Source of the DNA: a virus
DNA length: 64,000 nucleotides
Strand: one strand, 5' to 3'
IMG/VR virus record: IMGVR_UViG_3300044815_000115
Coordinates: 1 to 64,000 of that record
Below the pieces are notes generated by a model. The model had not been told where the DNA came from. It did no database searches and saw nothing but the letters and a program-made list of their open reading frames with translations. Position numbers and translations under genes: made by a program. Shown here one piece after another: positions 45,052 to 55,000 of this stretch; position 1 is the first letter of the stretch; every line of letters begins with the position of its first letter.

Positions 45052-46113
45052 ATGACACTGCGCACCCGTAAGCCCAGCGGCAAAATGGCCCCACCCGTGA
45101 TCCTCCTCGAAGGAGGCGAGGGCGCCGGCAAGAGCTGGGCGGCAGCTGCCCTGTCCGCTTCGGACAAGGTCGGGCGTACCTTCTGGCTGCAGGTCGGCAC
45201 CGAAGTGACCGCCGACGAATACGGCGCCATCCCCGGTGTCCGCTACGAGATCGTCGAGCACGACGGGTCCTGGCGGCAGATCTTCGGTGCGGTCACCGAC
45301 GCCAAGGTCGAGGCCGAGCAGGAACGCAAGCGCGGAGCCAAGCCGGCCGTCCTGGTCATCGACACCGTCGGTGCCCTTTGGGAGATGCTCTCCGACTGGG
45401 CATACAACCGCGCCAAGGGGTCCAAGAAGAACCAGGCCAAGCTGGCCGAGGATCCGAACGCCGAAATCGACGTCACCACCAACTTCTGGAACGACGCGAC
45501 CGGCCGCTGGCGCAAGCTCATGACCACGGCACTCACCTTCCCCGGCATCGTCGTTCTGCTGTCCCGGGGACGGGAGACGGTTCTCATGCAGAACGGCCAG
45601 CCCGTCATGGGCAAGACGGACTACAAGGTCGAGGGTCAGAAAGGCCTCACCTTCGACGTCCCGGTGTGGTTGCGGATGACGCGGGACATGGGCCCGCACA
45701 CCTGCCGGATCATGAAGCTCCGCTCGGTGCACAACGCGATCGATCCCCCGGTGCCCGGCACAGCTCAGCCCCGCAACCCGGGCAAGGTGCTGCCGGACTT
45801 CACCCTCGAGCGGCTGATCTTCGAGTACATCAAGTTCACCCCGGAGGGCTCCGAGGAGCGGGTGCTGGTGCCGATGAAGCCCGGCTCGGACGCCCCCCTG
45901 TCGGAGGCTGCCTCGATCCTCGAGTTGGCGGTGACGTCGGCCGAGGACGTCGAGAAGCAGTTGCGGGCCGCGTACGGCCGGATCAAGCCCGCATTGGACA
46001 ACAACGACATCAGCGTCCTCGAGGCGGACTACCTGAATTCGCTGGTGGCACGCCGCAAGGAAGCGATGTCCGCCAAGCCCGCCAAGGCTGAGCCTGTCGA
46101 GGCGGCTGCCTGA
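45052..46113 (+). CDS. AAA ATPase, Sak4-like single-strand annealing recombinase
   Basis: LLEGGEGAGKS Walker A, VLVIDT Walker B. Confidence 0.75.
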   Translation: MTLRTRKPSGKMAPPVILLEGGEGAGKSWAAAALSASDKVGRTFWLQVGTEVTADEYGAIPGVRYEIVEHDGSWRQIFGAVTDAKVEAEQERKRGAKPAVLVIDTVGALWEMLSDWAYNRAKGSKKNQAKLAEDPNAEIDVTTNFWNDATGRWRKLMTTALTFPGIVVLLSRGRETVLMQNGQPVMGKTDYKVEGQKGLTFDVPVWLRMTRDMGPHTCRIMKLRSVHNAIDPPVPGTAQPRNPGKVLPDFTLERLIFEYIKFTPEGSEERVLVPMKPGSDAPLSEAASILELAVTSAEDVEKQLRAAYGRIKPALDNNDISVLEADYLNSLVARRKEAMSAKPAKAEPVEAAA

Positions 46114-46592
46114 TGGGCGACATGAAGGCCGGCGGCCGTACCGCGATGGCGGCGAAGCTGATCGCCGACGTGGTGACCGCCGAGCACAAGCCCGCCAAGG
46201 CGGGCCTGCTCGCGGACATGCTCGATGGTGGTGTGGAGCGGGTCGGGGTCACCGACGATGACGGGGCGAAGCTGGGCGCGGTCTCGTTGACTGTGCGCGG
46301 TCCGGCGCCCCAGGTGGTCGACGACCGGGCGTTCCTCGCGTGGGTGTTGAAGCGCTACCCAGACGAGATCGTTCAGGCGGTCCGCGCGTCGTTCACGGAG
46401 AAGCTACTGGCCGGCGCGAAAGCGGTCGGTGAGCCGATCGACCCGGCGACCGGTGAGCTGATCGACGGCGTGGACATGGTGGCGGGTGAGCCGTATCTGA
46501 CGGTGCGCCCGACCGCTGAGGCGAAGGAGCGGATGCGGGAGACGATCCTCGCGTCCGGCCTGCTTCAGCTCACCTCGGGTGACGCGGCATGA
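46113..46592 (+). CDS. recombination-associated hypothetical protein
   Basis: VVDDRAFLAWV...DPATGELIDGV...YLTVR. Confidence 0.7.
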   Translation: MGDMKAGGRTAMAAKLIADVVTAEHKPAKAGLLADMLDGGVERVGVTDDDGAKLGAVSLTVRGPAPQVVDDRAFLAWVLKRYPDEIVQAVRASFTEKLLAGAKAVGEPIDPATGELIDGVDMVAGEPYLTVRPTAEAKERMRETILASGLLQLTSGDAA

Positions 46593-46975
46593 CTGACGTC
46601 GAAGTCACCTCGGTAGCCCAGCCCACCGAGGCTCAGACCCCGGTTACGGCCGAGGATGCCATCGACTTCTGCATCAGGCAGTTGCGCCGGGCGCCGGACA
46701 TCATCAAGGAACGTTTCAAGGCGTACAACGCGTTGAAACACGCCCTAGACATCAAGATGGCGCAGGTCGCCGACGCGACCGAGGGCACTGAACTGGCGAA
46801 GAAGCGTGCGGCGACCATCGCCTGCATCAGCGAGCGGCAGGCGATGGACAGCGCGCACGAGGCGTACAAGTACGCGCAGGCGCGCGCCCGTGCACTGGAA
46901 AAGGAACTGTCGGGGCTGCAGTCGGTCAACAAGTCGGTCACGAACTCGTACAACACGAGCGGGTGGCGGTCGTGA
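46589..46975 (+). CDS. coiled-coil hypothetical protein
   Basis: Helical; LSGLQSVNKSV. Confidence 0.65.
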   Translation: MTDVEVTSVAQPTEAQTPVTAEDAIDFCIRQLRRAPDIIKERFKAYNALKHALDIKMAQVADATEGTELAKKRAATIACISERQAMDSAHEAYKYAQARARALEKELSGLQSVNKSVTNSYNTSGWRS

Positions 46976-47514
46976 AGCGCGGCGGCGAGCTCAAGCGCGC
47001 CAAGCCGCTCGAACGGAAGTCGGCGCTTACCGCATCGCCGCTCGCACGCTCGTCGCTGCACGCCAATCAGGCGAACCAGCGTCACCAGCCGAAAGCGCAG
47101 CGCCGCAACACGGGCCCGTCCGGCAAGGTCGTCGCCCAGATCGCCCAGCGTGACGAGTGGTCCTGTTTCCGCTGCGGCGGTTCGTGTCACGGTCGGCGCG
47201 GCGTCGACTGGTCTGTTCAGCATCGCCGGGCCCGGGGGATGGGCGGGACGAGACGGCCGGACGCGAACGAGCCGCAGAACCTGATCCTGCTCTGCGGGTC
47301 CGCGACGTCGCCTGGCGGCTGTCACCTGCGCGTCGAGCAACGCCACGCCTCCGACGCTTCCGCCGGGTGGGGGATCAAGCAGTCCGAGAACCCGCTGCAG
47401 GTGCCTGTTCTGCACTGGCAGTACGGCCTGGTCTTCCTCTGGGCTGACGGCGGCTTCGGCTCCCGGCCCGCAACGACTTCCAATCCGACCGCCGAGGAGG
47501 CGACCTTTTCATGA
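46972..47514 (+). CDS. HNH endonuclease-like protein
   Basis: CFRC...QHRRARGMGG...NLILLCGS...GCH. Confidence 0.8.
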   Translation: MKRGGELKRAKPLERKSALTASPLARSSLHANQANQRHQPKAQRRNTGPSGKVVAQIAQRDEWSCFRCGGSCHGRRGVDWSVQHRRARGMGGTRRPDANEPQNLILLCGSATSPGGCHLRVEQRHASDASAGWGIKQSENPLQVPVLHWQYGLVFLWADGGFGSRPATTSNPTAEEATFS

Positions 47515-48149
47515 TCCTTGTCCCTACCGGTGAACTCACCGGCGTCCTCGGCGACGTCATCCCGTTCGCCTGCCCCGACGACGACCTGCCCACCCTCAAC
47601 TGTGTCCGCATCGAATGGGACGGCGCAATGCTGCACACGCTGGCCACCGACAGGTTTCGGATCGCCTGGTCGATGTGGCACCCCGACGACCAGCCCGACC
47701 TCGACTCGCAGGACGACCTGTTCACCACGTGGGGCGGAGCCGACGACCCATGGCAGGCCACGATCTGCCTGGACGACGCCAAGGAACTCGTGAAGGTGTT
47801 CAAGCTGCCCAGCAAGGAGCAGCGGGTTCCGCTGGCACTCGACCTCGACCGGCAGCAGGTCACCGTCCGCCGCGACCGGGACACCGGCTACACGGCGCTG
47901 CGCCTGGACATCCCGGACCAGCAGGCGGAGTTCCCCGACGTGCGGACGCTGCTGTCGGACAGCGACCGGATCGAACCGGTCACTGGTCTGATGTTCAACG
48001 CCAAGTACCTCGCCGACTTCAGCAAGGTCCGCCCGCGGTCGCCGCTGCAGATGTCGTTCACCGGGTCGACAGGGATCGCGCACGTGTCGATCGGTAAGCG
48101 GTTCACCGGAGCGATCATGCCGGTGCGCGAGGGCGAGACAGCGTCATGA
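47511..48149 (+). CDS. DNA polymerase III beta-clamp-like protein (truncated)
   Basis: LATDRFRI, FPDVRTL, FNAKYLAD, IMPVR. Confidence 0.7.
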   Translation: MILVPTGELTGVLGDVIPFACPDDDLPTLNCVRIEWDGAMLHTLATDRFRIAWSMWHPDDQPDLDSQDDLFTTWGGADDPWQATICLDDAKELVKVFKLPSKEQRVPLALDLDRQQVTVRRDRDTGYTALRLDIPDQQAEFPDVRTLLSDSDRIEPVTGLMFNAKYLADFSKVRPRSPLQMSFTGSTGIAHVSIGKRFTGAIMPVREGETAS

Positions 48150-48604
48150 TCCGCGCAATCACGATCCGGCAACCCTTCGCGAGCAGTATTTCCGTCGGCG
48201 CGAAGACGGTCGAGAACCGCGGGCGGCGCGTCTCCTGGCGCGGCGAGCTCGCCATCCACGCCGGTCTGACAGTTGACGCCTGGGCGTACGGGGACGAGCG
48301 GGTACAGGAGGCGCTCGGCGAGACCCTGCCCGCCCTTGCCCTGCCCACCGGAGCGGTGATCGCTGTCGCCGAACTGGTCGACTGCCATCCGGCGGAACAG
48401 CCGGCGGGCAGACTCGACCCGACGTGCTGCCAGCCGTGGGGCGAGAAGCGCCACGGCGGCGGTCCCGCCTTCCACCTCATCCTCGCGAACATCTGGGCGT
48501 TGGACGTCCCGGTGCCGTGCCGTGGCTCGCTGCCGATCGGCTGGACGGTGCCGGCTGAGGTCGAGGAGCAGGTTCGGGCGCAGCTCGCTGGGGTGACCCG
48601 ATGA
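48146..48604 (+). CDS. ASCH domain protein
   Basis: AITIRQPFA...GAKTVENR...LAIHAG. Confidence 0.85.
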   Translation: MIRAITIRQPFASSISVGAKTVENRGRRVSWRGELAIHAGLTVDAWAYGDERVQEALGETLPALALPTGAVIAVAELVDCHPAEQPAGRLDPTCCQPWGEKRHGGGPAFHLILANIWALDVPVPCRGSLPIGWTVPAEVEEQVRAQLAGVTR

Positions 48605-48858
48605 TGGGCTTCCTCAAGGACCGACGGGCCGCGCGCCGTGCAACCGACGAGCGCAAGGTGCTGGCCGCGATCGCCATGCTGCGCCCGTCGCAGGCGTCCG
48701 GCTATCCGATCTCCCGGCTGGCGCACATGGGTGTCGGGAAGGTGTACGCGGTGCTGGCCCGGCTGGAGCGGTCAGGGCAGGTCGTCTCGGACTGGGCTGA
48801 CGGGCCGTACCCGCGGCGGCGGCTGTACCGGGCGACTCGGGCCGGGGTGCGGTCGTGA
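48601..48858 (+). CDS. PadR-like wHTH protein
   Basis: GYPI...GKVYAVLARLE..G.V.S.W...PRRRLY. Confidence 0.8.
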   Translation: MMGFLKDRRAARRATDERKVLAAIAMLRPSQASGYPISRLAHMGVGKVYAVLARLERSGQVVSDWADGPYPRRRLYRATRAGVRS

Positions 48859-49217
48859 CCGCGCCAACCATGTCCGAGGACGACCTCCTCTGCGCCGTCC
48901 TGGACCTCGCGAAGACGCTCGGGATCCGCTCGGCGCATTTCCGGCCGGCGCAATCGCAGACCGGGCGGTGGCTGACCGCAGTCCAGGGTGACGGGAAGGG
49001 CTACCCGGATTTGACGCTGGTCGGTAAGGGCGGCGTCCTGTTCCGGGAGTTGAAGTCCGCGAAGGGTGCGCACTACCCGGAGCAGAAGGCGTGGCTGGCG
49101 GCGCTGACCGAAGCGGGTGCTGACGCCGACAGTTGGCGCCCAGCCGACCTGCATTCGGGGCGTATCGAGGCGGAGCTCCGCGCGGTGCGCAAGACGCGAA
49201 TGCGGTGCCCGCAGTGA
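48855..49217 (+). CDS. VRR-NUC domain nuclease
   Basis: GYPDL...FRELKS..G...EQKAW...WRP. Confidence 0.85.
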   Translation: MTAPTMSEDDLLCAVLDLAKTLGIRSAHFRPAQSQTGRWLTAVQGDGKGYPDLTLVGKGGVLFRELKSAKGAHYPEQKAWLAALTEAGADADSWRPADLHSGRIEAELRAVRKTRMRCPQ

Positions 49218-49374
49218 CCGCCGTCGTCATCCCGCTGCGCAGGTCCGCCGGCCCCTGCAACTCAGGCACTATCCCGGATGGTTTCAGCCCACCGTGCGGG
49301 GACCTGGTGACACGCCCCTACGTGTGCGGACCTCGATGCGACCGGCACCGTCCCGTCAACCGGCGGGAGGCGTC

Positions 49375-50190
49375 GTGAACACCGCCCCAATCGACCGTTC
49401 CGGCTGTCCCGCCAGACGCCACGGCGAGTACTGGATGGTCCACAAGGACGGCTGCCGCTGCCCCGACGCGGTCTTCGCCTACTTCCGGTACAACAAGGCG
49501 AAGAAGCGCGGAGAGCGCCGTGTCGTCGACGCGACAGCGGCCCGACGCATCACCCAGGGGCTCGCCTTCCACGGCTTCCACGTCGACCTCATCGCCGAGA
49601 TGGCGGGTGTCAGCGCCCGGACTGTGGCCGGTTTACAGTCCGGTTCGAAACCGACCCTGTGGCGCAGCAAGGACGAGGCCCTGCGACAACTCGCCCGGAG
49701 CATCCGCCTCGACCAGCCACGCAGCGGATGGGATGCGAATCGTGCCCGCTCGGCCGCCCGCCGCAACGGCTGGGTGCCCCTCGCGGCGTGGGATGACGAG
49801 ACCATCGGTAACCCCACTGTTGGACCGGAACTGGGCGGCCGGGGTGAGGACATCGTCGACGAGGTTGCTGTCGCTCTCGCCGTCAAAGGCGAAAGGTTGC
49901 GCCTGACCGATTCGGAGCAGGTTGAGGCGCTGCGCCTGGGCGTGAGGCAGGGCGAGCCCCTGTCGGAGGTTTCGAGTCGGCTCGGCATCAACTACTCGGG
50001 CGCCCGGCGGCTTGTGGCCGGCGGTTCGACGCCACGCCGGAGCAAGCAGGCTCGTGTTGAAGCCGAGGTGGTTCGTGTCGGCGCCACCCACGACGACCGT
50101 GCTATCGCCGCCCTGGTGGGCGTGCATTTCACGACCGTTGCCCGCGCCCGCCAGCGTCTCGCTGAGCGGCAACAACAACTTGCGTCCTGA
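49375..50190 (+). CDS. multi-HTH DNA-binding protein
   Basis: GCRCP N-terminus; GW.PLAAWDD; VDEVAV. Confidence 0.7.
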   Translation: MNTAPIDRSGCPARRHGEYWMVHKDGCRCPDAVFAYFRYNKAKKRGERRVVDATAARRITQGLAFHGFHVDLIAEMAGVSARTVAGLQSGSKPTLWRSKDEALRQLARSIRLDQPRSGWDANRARSAARRNGWVPLAAWDDETIGNPTVGPELGGRGEDIVDEVAVALAVKGERLRLTDSEQVEALRLGVRQGEPLSEVSSRLGINYSGARRLVAGGSTPRRSKQARVEAEVVRVGATHDDRAIAALVGVHFTTVARARQRLAERQQQLAS

Positions 50191-50206
50191 AATCGATCGG
50201 AGTCCC

Positions 50207-50416
50207 ATGTCCCACACCCACATGATCGAGACGACTGGCGGCCTGCCCACGTCGGCCCTGCTACGCGACGCCTTGGAGCAGTTGAGACGGTTCCGCGACT
50301 TCACCGAATGGTGCGCCCGACTCGACCAGCCGGACCCGCAGCCGTCCGAGGAGCAGGCACGGTTGAGGCTTGAGATCCGGCACGTCGCCGAGACGGCGCG
50401 GGCGGTGCTGTCATGA
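50207..50416 (+). CDS. hypothetical protein
   Basis: GGAG RBS. Confidence 0.5.
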   Translation: MSHTHMIETTGGLPTSALLRDALEQLRRFRDFTEWCARLDQPDPQPSEEQARLRLEIRHVAETARAVLS

Positions 50417-50721
50417 CCGTCACCTACATGCCCACGCAGACCGCCGCTTTCCTCGCCGCGGGCTGTTTCCAGCACCTGTGGGATCAGGTGCAGGACGAGC
50501 AGTCGCAGGGCTGCTGCCCCGAATGCTGCGCCCCGTGCAGCGGGTTGCGGGCACTGTTCGAGCTCGGCCAGCTGGACGACCTGTACGCCGCGTATGTGGA
50601 GATCGTCGGCGGGGAGCACGGGATCTGGGATGCGGCTGCCGGGCGGGTGCGCCGTGACTGGCTGATCCCCGCCTGGTCGGTGGTCCTCGGCTGCCACGGC
50701 GAGCGCGGGGAGACGCCGTGA
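50413..50721 (+). CDS. hypothetical protein
   Basis: GCCPECCAPC. Confidence 0.6.
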   Translation: MTVTYMPTQTAAFLAAGCFQHLWDQVQDEQSQGCCPECCAPCSGLRALFELGQLDDLYAAYVEIVGGEHGIWDAAAGRVRRDWLIPAWSVVLGCHGERGETP

Positions 50722-50921
50722 GGAGCGCGGACACCTACAGCGGGCGAGCGTGCAACTGCTTCGAGGCTGTCATCGAAGATGGGGCGGCCGAGTTGTCTGC
50801 CCAAGTCGATGCCGTGACTACCGACGAGTTGTTCGACCTGCAGTGGCACGCCGAGCGTCTCGCCAAGGTGGCGCGCGCTGAGTGGCTGAACCGGGTCAGG
50901 CGACCGGCGGGTGAGTCGTGA
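50718..50921 (+). CDS. hypothetical protein
   Basis: Overlap chain. Confidence 0.5.
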   Translation: MRSADTYSGRACNCFEAVIEDGAAELSAQVDAVTTDELFDLQWHAERLAKVARAEWLNRVRRPAGES

Positions 50922-51163
50922 CCGCGCCCGTCGTGCCGCTGCTCACCGTCACCCAGCTTCGCGTCGTCGAGGTGATCCGCGCCTACGCCGTCGAGCACGG
51001 TTTCGCGCCGTCGGTCCGGGAGATCGCCGAGCTGTCCGGCCTGTCGTCGTCGTCGTGCTGGTACCAGATCAATCAACTCGCGCGTAAGGGCTGGATCCGC
51101 CGCCACCCGCACCGGCCGCGGGCTCTGGTCGTCCTCAACCCGGCGGACGGGAGCGACTCCTGA
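50918..51163 (+). CDS. stand-alone LexA DNA-binding domain protein
   Basis: LT..Q..V...I...GFAPSVREIA...GLSS...L.RKGWIRR.PHRPRAL; no peptidase domain. Confidence 0.8.
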   Translation: MTAPVVPLLTVTQLRVVEVIRAYAVEHGFAPSVREIAELSGLSSSSCWYQINQLARKGWIRRHPHRPRALVVLNPADGSDS

Positions 51164-51218
51164 TGATCCGCACGCTGGAGGAGATCAGGGCTGAACGGCC
51201 GCCGCTCGGGTGGTTGCT

Positions 51219-51428
51219 GTGACGAACTACCCGACGACCCGGTTGGCGCGCGGCTCGGCCCGGCGTGAAGTCCTGGACCGCTACCTGGAACGTGCCGTCC
51301 GGGACGCACATCGGGACACCCGGACTATCGCGTGCGCGGAGGACCGCCATGTCGGCCAGTTGGGCGGGTGTGCGGTGGACGGCACCCGATGCCTGTGCGG
51401 CTGCCACGACCCGGCGGTGACGTCGTGA
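51219..51428 (+). CDS. hypothetical protein
   Basis: CLCGCHD. Confidence 0.5.
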   Translation: MTNYPTTRLARGSARREVLDRYLERAVRDAHRDTRTIACAEDRHVGQLGGCAVDGTRCLCGCHDPAVTS

Positions 51429-51793
51429 TGAACGGCTACGAGTACGGCTACGCCCGGGGTGAGGACACCGTGTGGTGCATCCGTAAGGACGGTGTGAAGG
51501 CGCGGATGTTGTGCGGCCGGGAGGTCGGGTTCGTGCCCGTCATCCAACCGGAGCATCCGAAAAGTGTGCACCGGGACTGCATTGAGGCCATGTACGGGGC
51601 TGTGCAGAGGGCCGTGGACCGGCCGTCGTCGCAGGTCGGCTATGCGGTGTGCCCTGCGTGTGCGGGTGAGGCCGCCGTGTTCCAGGGTCGGCTGCAGGCC
51701 CACGGTGAGTGGAGGGTCGGCCCGGACGGTGGGCGGTATCAGTCCGAGGTGCCGTGTGTTGGCGTGAATTTGCCTGCCCGGAGGAAGCGGTGA
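51428..51793 (+). CDS. Zn-binding hypothetical protein
   Basis: LCG...CPAC...H...C. Confidence 0.6.
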   Translation: MNGYEYGYARGEDTVWCIRKDGVKARMLCGREVGFVPVIQPEHPKSVHRDCIEAMYGAVQRAVDRPSSQVGYAVCPACAGEAAVFQGRLQAHGEWRVGPDGGRYQSEVPCVGVNLPARRKR

Positions 51794-51819
51794 GGGCGGC
51801 GGGTGCGGAGGGCTGTCGG

Positions 51820-52065
51820 CTACTCGGTCTGCGCCGCTTCGGCCTTTTCGGCTTCAGAGACCAGTGTGCCGACGTACTCGCGGGTGTACCCGGCCCTGCG
51901 GCCGACCTCAGACTTCGACATTCCGGATCTGACTGCCGCAACACAGGCGGCGTGCAGAGTCTCGCGCTGGACGTCGAGCTGCTTCTGGATACGGCTGAAC
52001 GTACGAGCAGCTTCATCGAGGGCGAGTGCCTCGTCGGACTTGGTGAGACGGCGAGGACCGGGCAT
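51820..52065 (-). CDS. small helix+HTH regulator
   Basis: AAVRSGMSKSEVGRRAGYTREYV. Confidence 0.75.
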   Translation of the reverse strand: MPGPRRLTKSDEALALDEAARTFSRIQKQLDVQRETLHAACVAAVRSGMSKSEVGRRAGYTREYVGTLVSEAEKAEAAQTE

Positions 52066-52208
52066 GTGCGGGATTGTCGCACAAGCGTGATCGCGAAGCA
52101 GGGTAGCGGACTCTGTTCTCGTTTGTCCTTGGGCTTGAAAGTGTGAAGTCACTCCGCAATACTAGTTCGCGTACCTAGTCCGCGTTAACCCGCCTTGGAG
52201 GACGCCGC

Positions 52209-52406
52209 ATGAGCTACCAGCGACCCGAACTCGGCCCTTACACCCGCAAGTCCGACGGCGCCGACGTTCTCGTCCTCGGCTCCACCGGCAGCGAGTGGAA
52301 CGACAGCGTCCTCTGCTCGCGCACGACTGAGGACGGCAAACGCACTTGGCATGTCCGGCTGGAGAACTTCTGGAAGAAGTACGAGCCGAAGGGCGATGCC
52401 ACGTGA
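52209..52406 (+). CDS. hypothetical protein
   Basis: GGAGG RBS after a TTGAAA-N17-AATACT promoter-like sequence. Confidence 0.6.
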   Translation: MSYQRPELGPYTRKSDGADVLVLGSTGSEWNDSVLCSRTTEDGKRTWHVRLENFWKKYEPKGDAT

Positions 52407-52861
52407 CCGCCGTTCCCGTCGAGATCGCCTCCGACTTCCTCGATGTCGCCTCCGTCGTAACCGGCGGCTCCTCCCTGCCGCTGACCGGCTGGCAGCGCAC
52501 CGCCGCCATCCAGGCCATGCACGCCCTCGACTACCGCATCGAACGCATCCAGCAGGCGTTGCAGATCGAACGGCGCTGGTATCTGGCAAGGGTGGCCCGC
52601 GAAGAGGCGGGCATCGACTTGTACGCGGGCGACGACCAGCCCGACCTGCTCGCCGTCGAATGGGTTCGTGCCGGCGCCCGGCTGCGGCTTCGGGGTGCCG
52701 ACCGGGACGCGGCGATTGTCGCGTTGGCGGCTGACGGCAAATCCGCGCCCGAGATCGCCCGGCGGATCGGCATCTCGTCCACCGAGGTTTCGAAGGCCGC
52801 CCAACGGCTGGGTGTGGCCACGAACGCGGGCAAAAACAACCGCACCCTCATCGCCGCCTGA
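52403..52861 (+). CDS. HTH DNA-binding protein
   Basis: GKSAPEIARRIGISSTEV. Confidence 0.7.
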   Translation: MTAVPVEIASDFLDVASVVTGGSSLPLTGWQRTAAIQAMHALDYRIERIQQALQIERRWYLARVAREEAGIDLYAGDDQPDLLAVEWVRAGARLRLRGADRDAAIVALAADGKSAPEIARRIGISSTEVSKAAQRLGVATNAGKNNRTLIAA

Positions 52862-52876
52862 CCCCCTGGAGGAACC

Positions 52877-53467
52877 GTGACCGACACAAGGACCACCGAC
52901 CCCTGCTACTACTGCAACGACGCAGGCTGCGCCAGCTGCGACGCCACACTCGACACCACGCCCGGCGGCATCGTCCGTCTCGCCGCGGACAGGATCGGCG
53001 AGAGCGGCTACACCGACACCAGCATCTACGCGCTCACCGCCGACCTGCTCCAGGTCATCGGTGACGACATGGCCGACTCCGGCGCCAAAGAGCAGGAGTA
53101 CCCGAACCATGCCGCGTTCGCCCGCTGGCAGGTCGTCGACGAGTACGGCAAGGGATGGATCAACCATCCCGGCTGGGATGAGGCACTGAAGCTGGCCCGC
53201 GCGATCCTCGGCCAGTCGGAACCGAACCGGGCCGACCATGTCGTTGACTCGCAGGCCGTCGTGGATCACTGGAACGAACAGCACCCGGTCGGCACCTCGG
53301 TTCGCTACTGGACCGGCGACCGGCAGGGCGACGGGAAGGTCAGCCGGACCCGCTCGCGCGCCGATCTGCTGGGTGGCCACACCGCCGTCGTCTGGGTCGA
53401 GGGGCACGGTGCCTGCATCGCCCTGTCGCACATCCGCGTGCTCACCGAAGCGGAGGCGGCCCGATGA
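52877..53467 (+). CDS. phage hypothetical protein
   Basis: WNEQHPVGTSV...TRSRA.LLGGHTAVVWV...IALSHI. Confidence 0.7.
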   Translation: MTDTRTTDPCYYCNDAGCASCDATLDTTPGGIVRLAADRIGESGYTDTSIYALTADLLQVIGDDMADSGAKEQEYPNHAAFARWQVVDEYGKGWINHPGWDEALKLARAILGQSEPNRADHVVDSQAVVDHWNEQHPVGTSVRYWTGDRQGDGKVSRTRSRADLLGGHTAVVWVEGHGACIALSHIRVLTEAEAAR

Positions 53468-53823
53468 CCGATCAACTCGTCCGGGTGAGCTCGTACGGCC
53501 AGCCGGTCTTCCAGGGTCTCACCGGCCCGCTATGGCGCCATGCATGCGGGCATCTCACCTCCGTGGACCTGCTCGCCGATGGCGACGCCCAGCTTCAGCC
53601 CTGGCAGCGCCCGTGCGAGGGCTGTGGTGTTCGTGACGGCTGGATTCCTTACGGCAACTGTGACGGCTGGCTCCCGCTGCTCACCTACACCGGGCCGCTG
53701 TGTGACCAGTGCCAGGGCAACGGCTGGGTGCCCATTGCAGGAAAAGTGAACAGCGCTCCGTACGGATTCGTGACGGTCACAGAGTGCACAGCGTGCGAGG
53801 CGTCTGGGATGGACACCCGATGA
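53464..53823 (+). CDS. Zn-finger hypothetical protein
   Basis: CxxCxGxG repeats. Confidence 0.6.
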   Translation: MTDQLVRVSSYGQPVFQGLTGPLWRHACGHLTSVDLLADGDAQLQPWQRPCEGCGVRDGWIPYGNCDGWLPLLTYTGPLCDQCQGNGWVPIAGKVNSAPYGFVTVTECTACEASGMDTR

Positions 53824-54131
53824 CCACCTACGTAACCAAGGTTCAGTCGAACGGCAAGCTGAAGCGCGGCCCGTGCGTGTCGGTCCCGAACCGGGAGTGG
53901 AGCGAGCCGATCCCGGACGAGCTGCTGACCCTGATCGACGCGGCCCAACTCGTGGTCGACGACAACGACCACGCGTACACCGTCTACGACTGGGGGAAGG
54001 CGGTTGGCTTTGCTCGGCTCGACGCCGAGGGTGAGTGGCTTGTCTGGCAGGTCGGCGCAGAAGCCCGGCGGGTGCCGACCCGCGACGGCGCGCTGACGGC
54101 CCTCGTCGCTGAGGCGGTGAGCGTCCGATGA
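53820..54131 (+). CDS. hypothetical protein
   Basis: Overlap chain. Confidence 0.55.
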   Translation: MTTYVTKVQSNGKLKRGPCVSVPNREWSEPIPDELLTLIDAAQLVVDDNDHAYTVYDWGKAVGFARLDAEGEWLVWQVGAEARRVPTRDGALTALVAEAVSVR

Positions 54132-54451
54132 GTGACGACAACGTCATGATGGGAATCTGCGGCTCCGACGGCTTGTGCTCGCTGTGTGCCGCCGAGGACC
54201 GCACCGGCAGCGACGGATGCGGCTCGTACTTCCGGGCCGGCACCGCCCGTCCTGGGCTGTCCATCACCACGATTGAGATCACCCACCCGCAGGGGTTCGG
54301 GGATCACGAATTCGAGTACGACGCGGGCAACGACCTGTTCAAGTGCACGCACTGCGGCGGCTACGAAATCGCGTTGCGCAATCCCGAGACCGGCGAGATC
54401 CCGCAGTGTCCCGGACCTGAGCGCACGAACGGCGGCGTGGACCATGCCTGA
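54128..54451 (+). CDS. Cys-rich hypothetical protein
   Basis: Overlap chain. Confidence 0.55.
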   Translation: MSDDNVMMGICGSDGLCSLCAAEDRTGSDGCGSYFRAGTARPGLSITTIEITHPQGFGDHEFEYDAGNDLFKCTHCGGYEIALRNPETGEIPQCPGPERTNGGVDHA

Positions 54452-54707
54452 CCTGACGATGATCTACATCACCGCCGACCCGCAGGACGGCGCTGCGGAG
54501 CTCCGGTGCACGGACCACCCGGAGTGGTGGGCCGACGCCGACGGCACCGACTTGCCGTCGGCGGTCCGGACCGCGAGGGGCCATTTCCGCGACGAACACC
54601 GGGCGCACGTGACCGACTGCATGTGCAGCGGCACACAGGTGATTGATCAGCGGTGCATCCCGGACGTCGCGGTCACCGTGCCCAACCCGTCGGGCGGTAC
54701 GTCGTGA
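54444..54707 (+). CDS. hypothetical protein
   Basis: Operon packing. Confidence 0.5.
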   Translation: MPDLTMIYITADPQDGAAELRCTDHPEWWADADGTDLPSAVRTARGHFRDEHRAHVTDCMCSGTQVIDQRCIPDVAVTVPNPSGGTS

Positions 54708-55000
54708 TCTTCAGCGAAGCGCATGGGCCGGACTTTGACCTGATCGTCTGCGGCACGCCAGGGCCGAAGTCGGCCCACCGATTCCCGGACAAGTACGTCA
54801 GCTGCGAGCACGGCCCGGAGGGCGCGGACGATGGCACTACCGACTCCGATCCGTTCCGATGCGTCTGCCCGGTCGATCCGTACGCGGGCCGCGTCACCCG
54901 GGCCGCCGCCGATTGCCCGGCACACCAGGCCCGATACGCCGCTCAGCAGTTCGCGAGCGATAACGCTTCCTCGCAGGCCGAGGGTGGTGGAGACCGGTGA
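54704..55000 (+). CDS. Cys-rich hypothetical protein
   Basis: CVCP...DCPAH. Confidence 0.5.
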   Translation: MIFSEAHGPDFDLIVCGTPGPKSAHRFPDKYVSCEHGPEGADDGTTDSDPFRCVCPVDPYAGRVTRAAADCPAHQARYAAQQFASDNASSQAEGGGDR

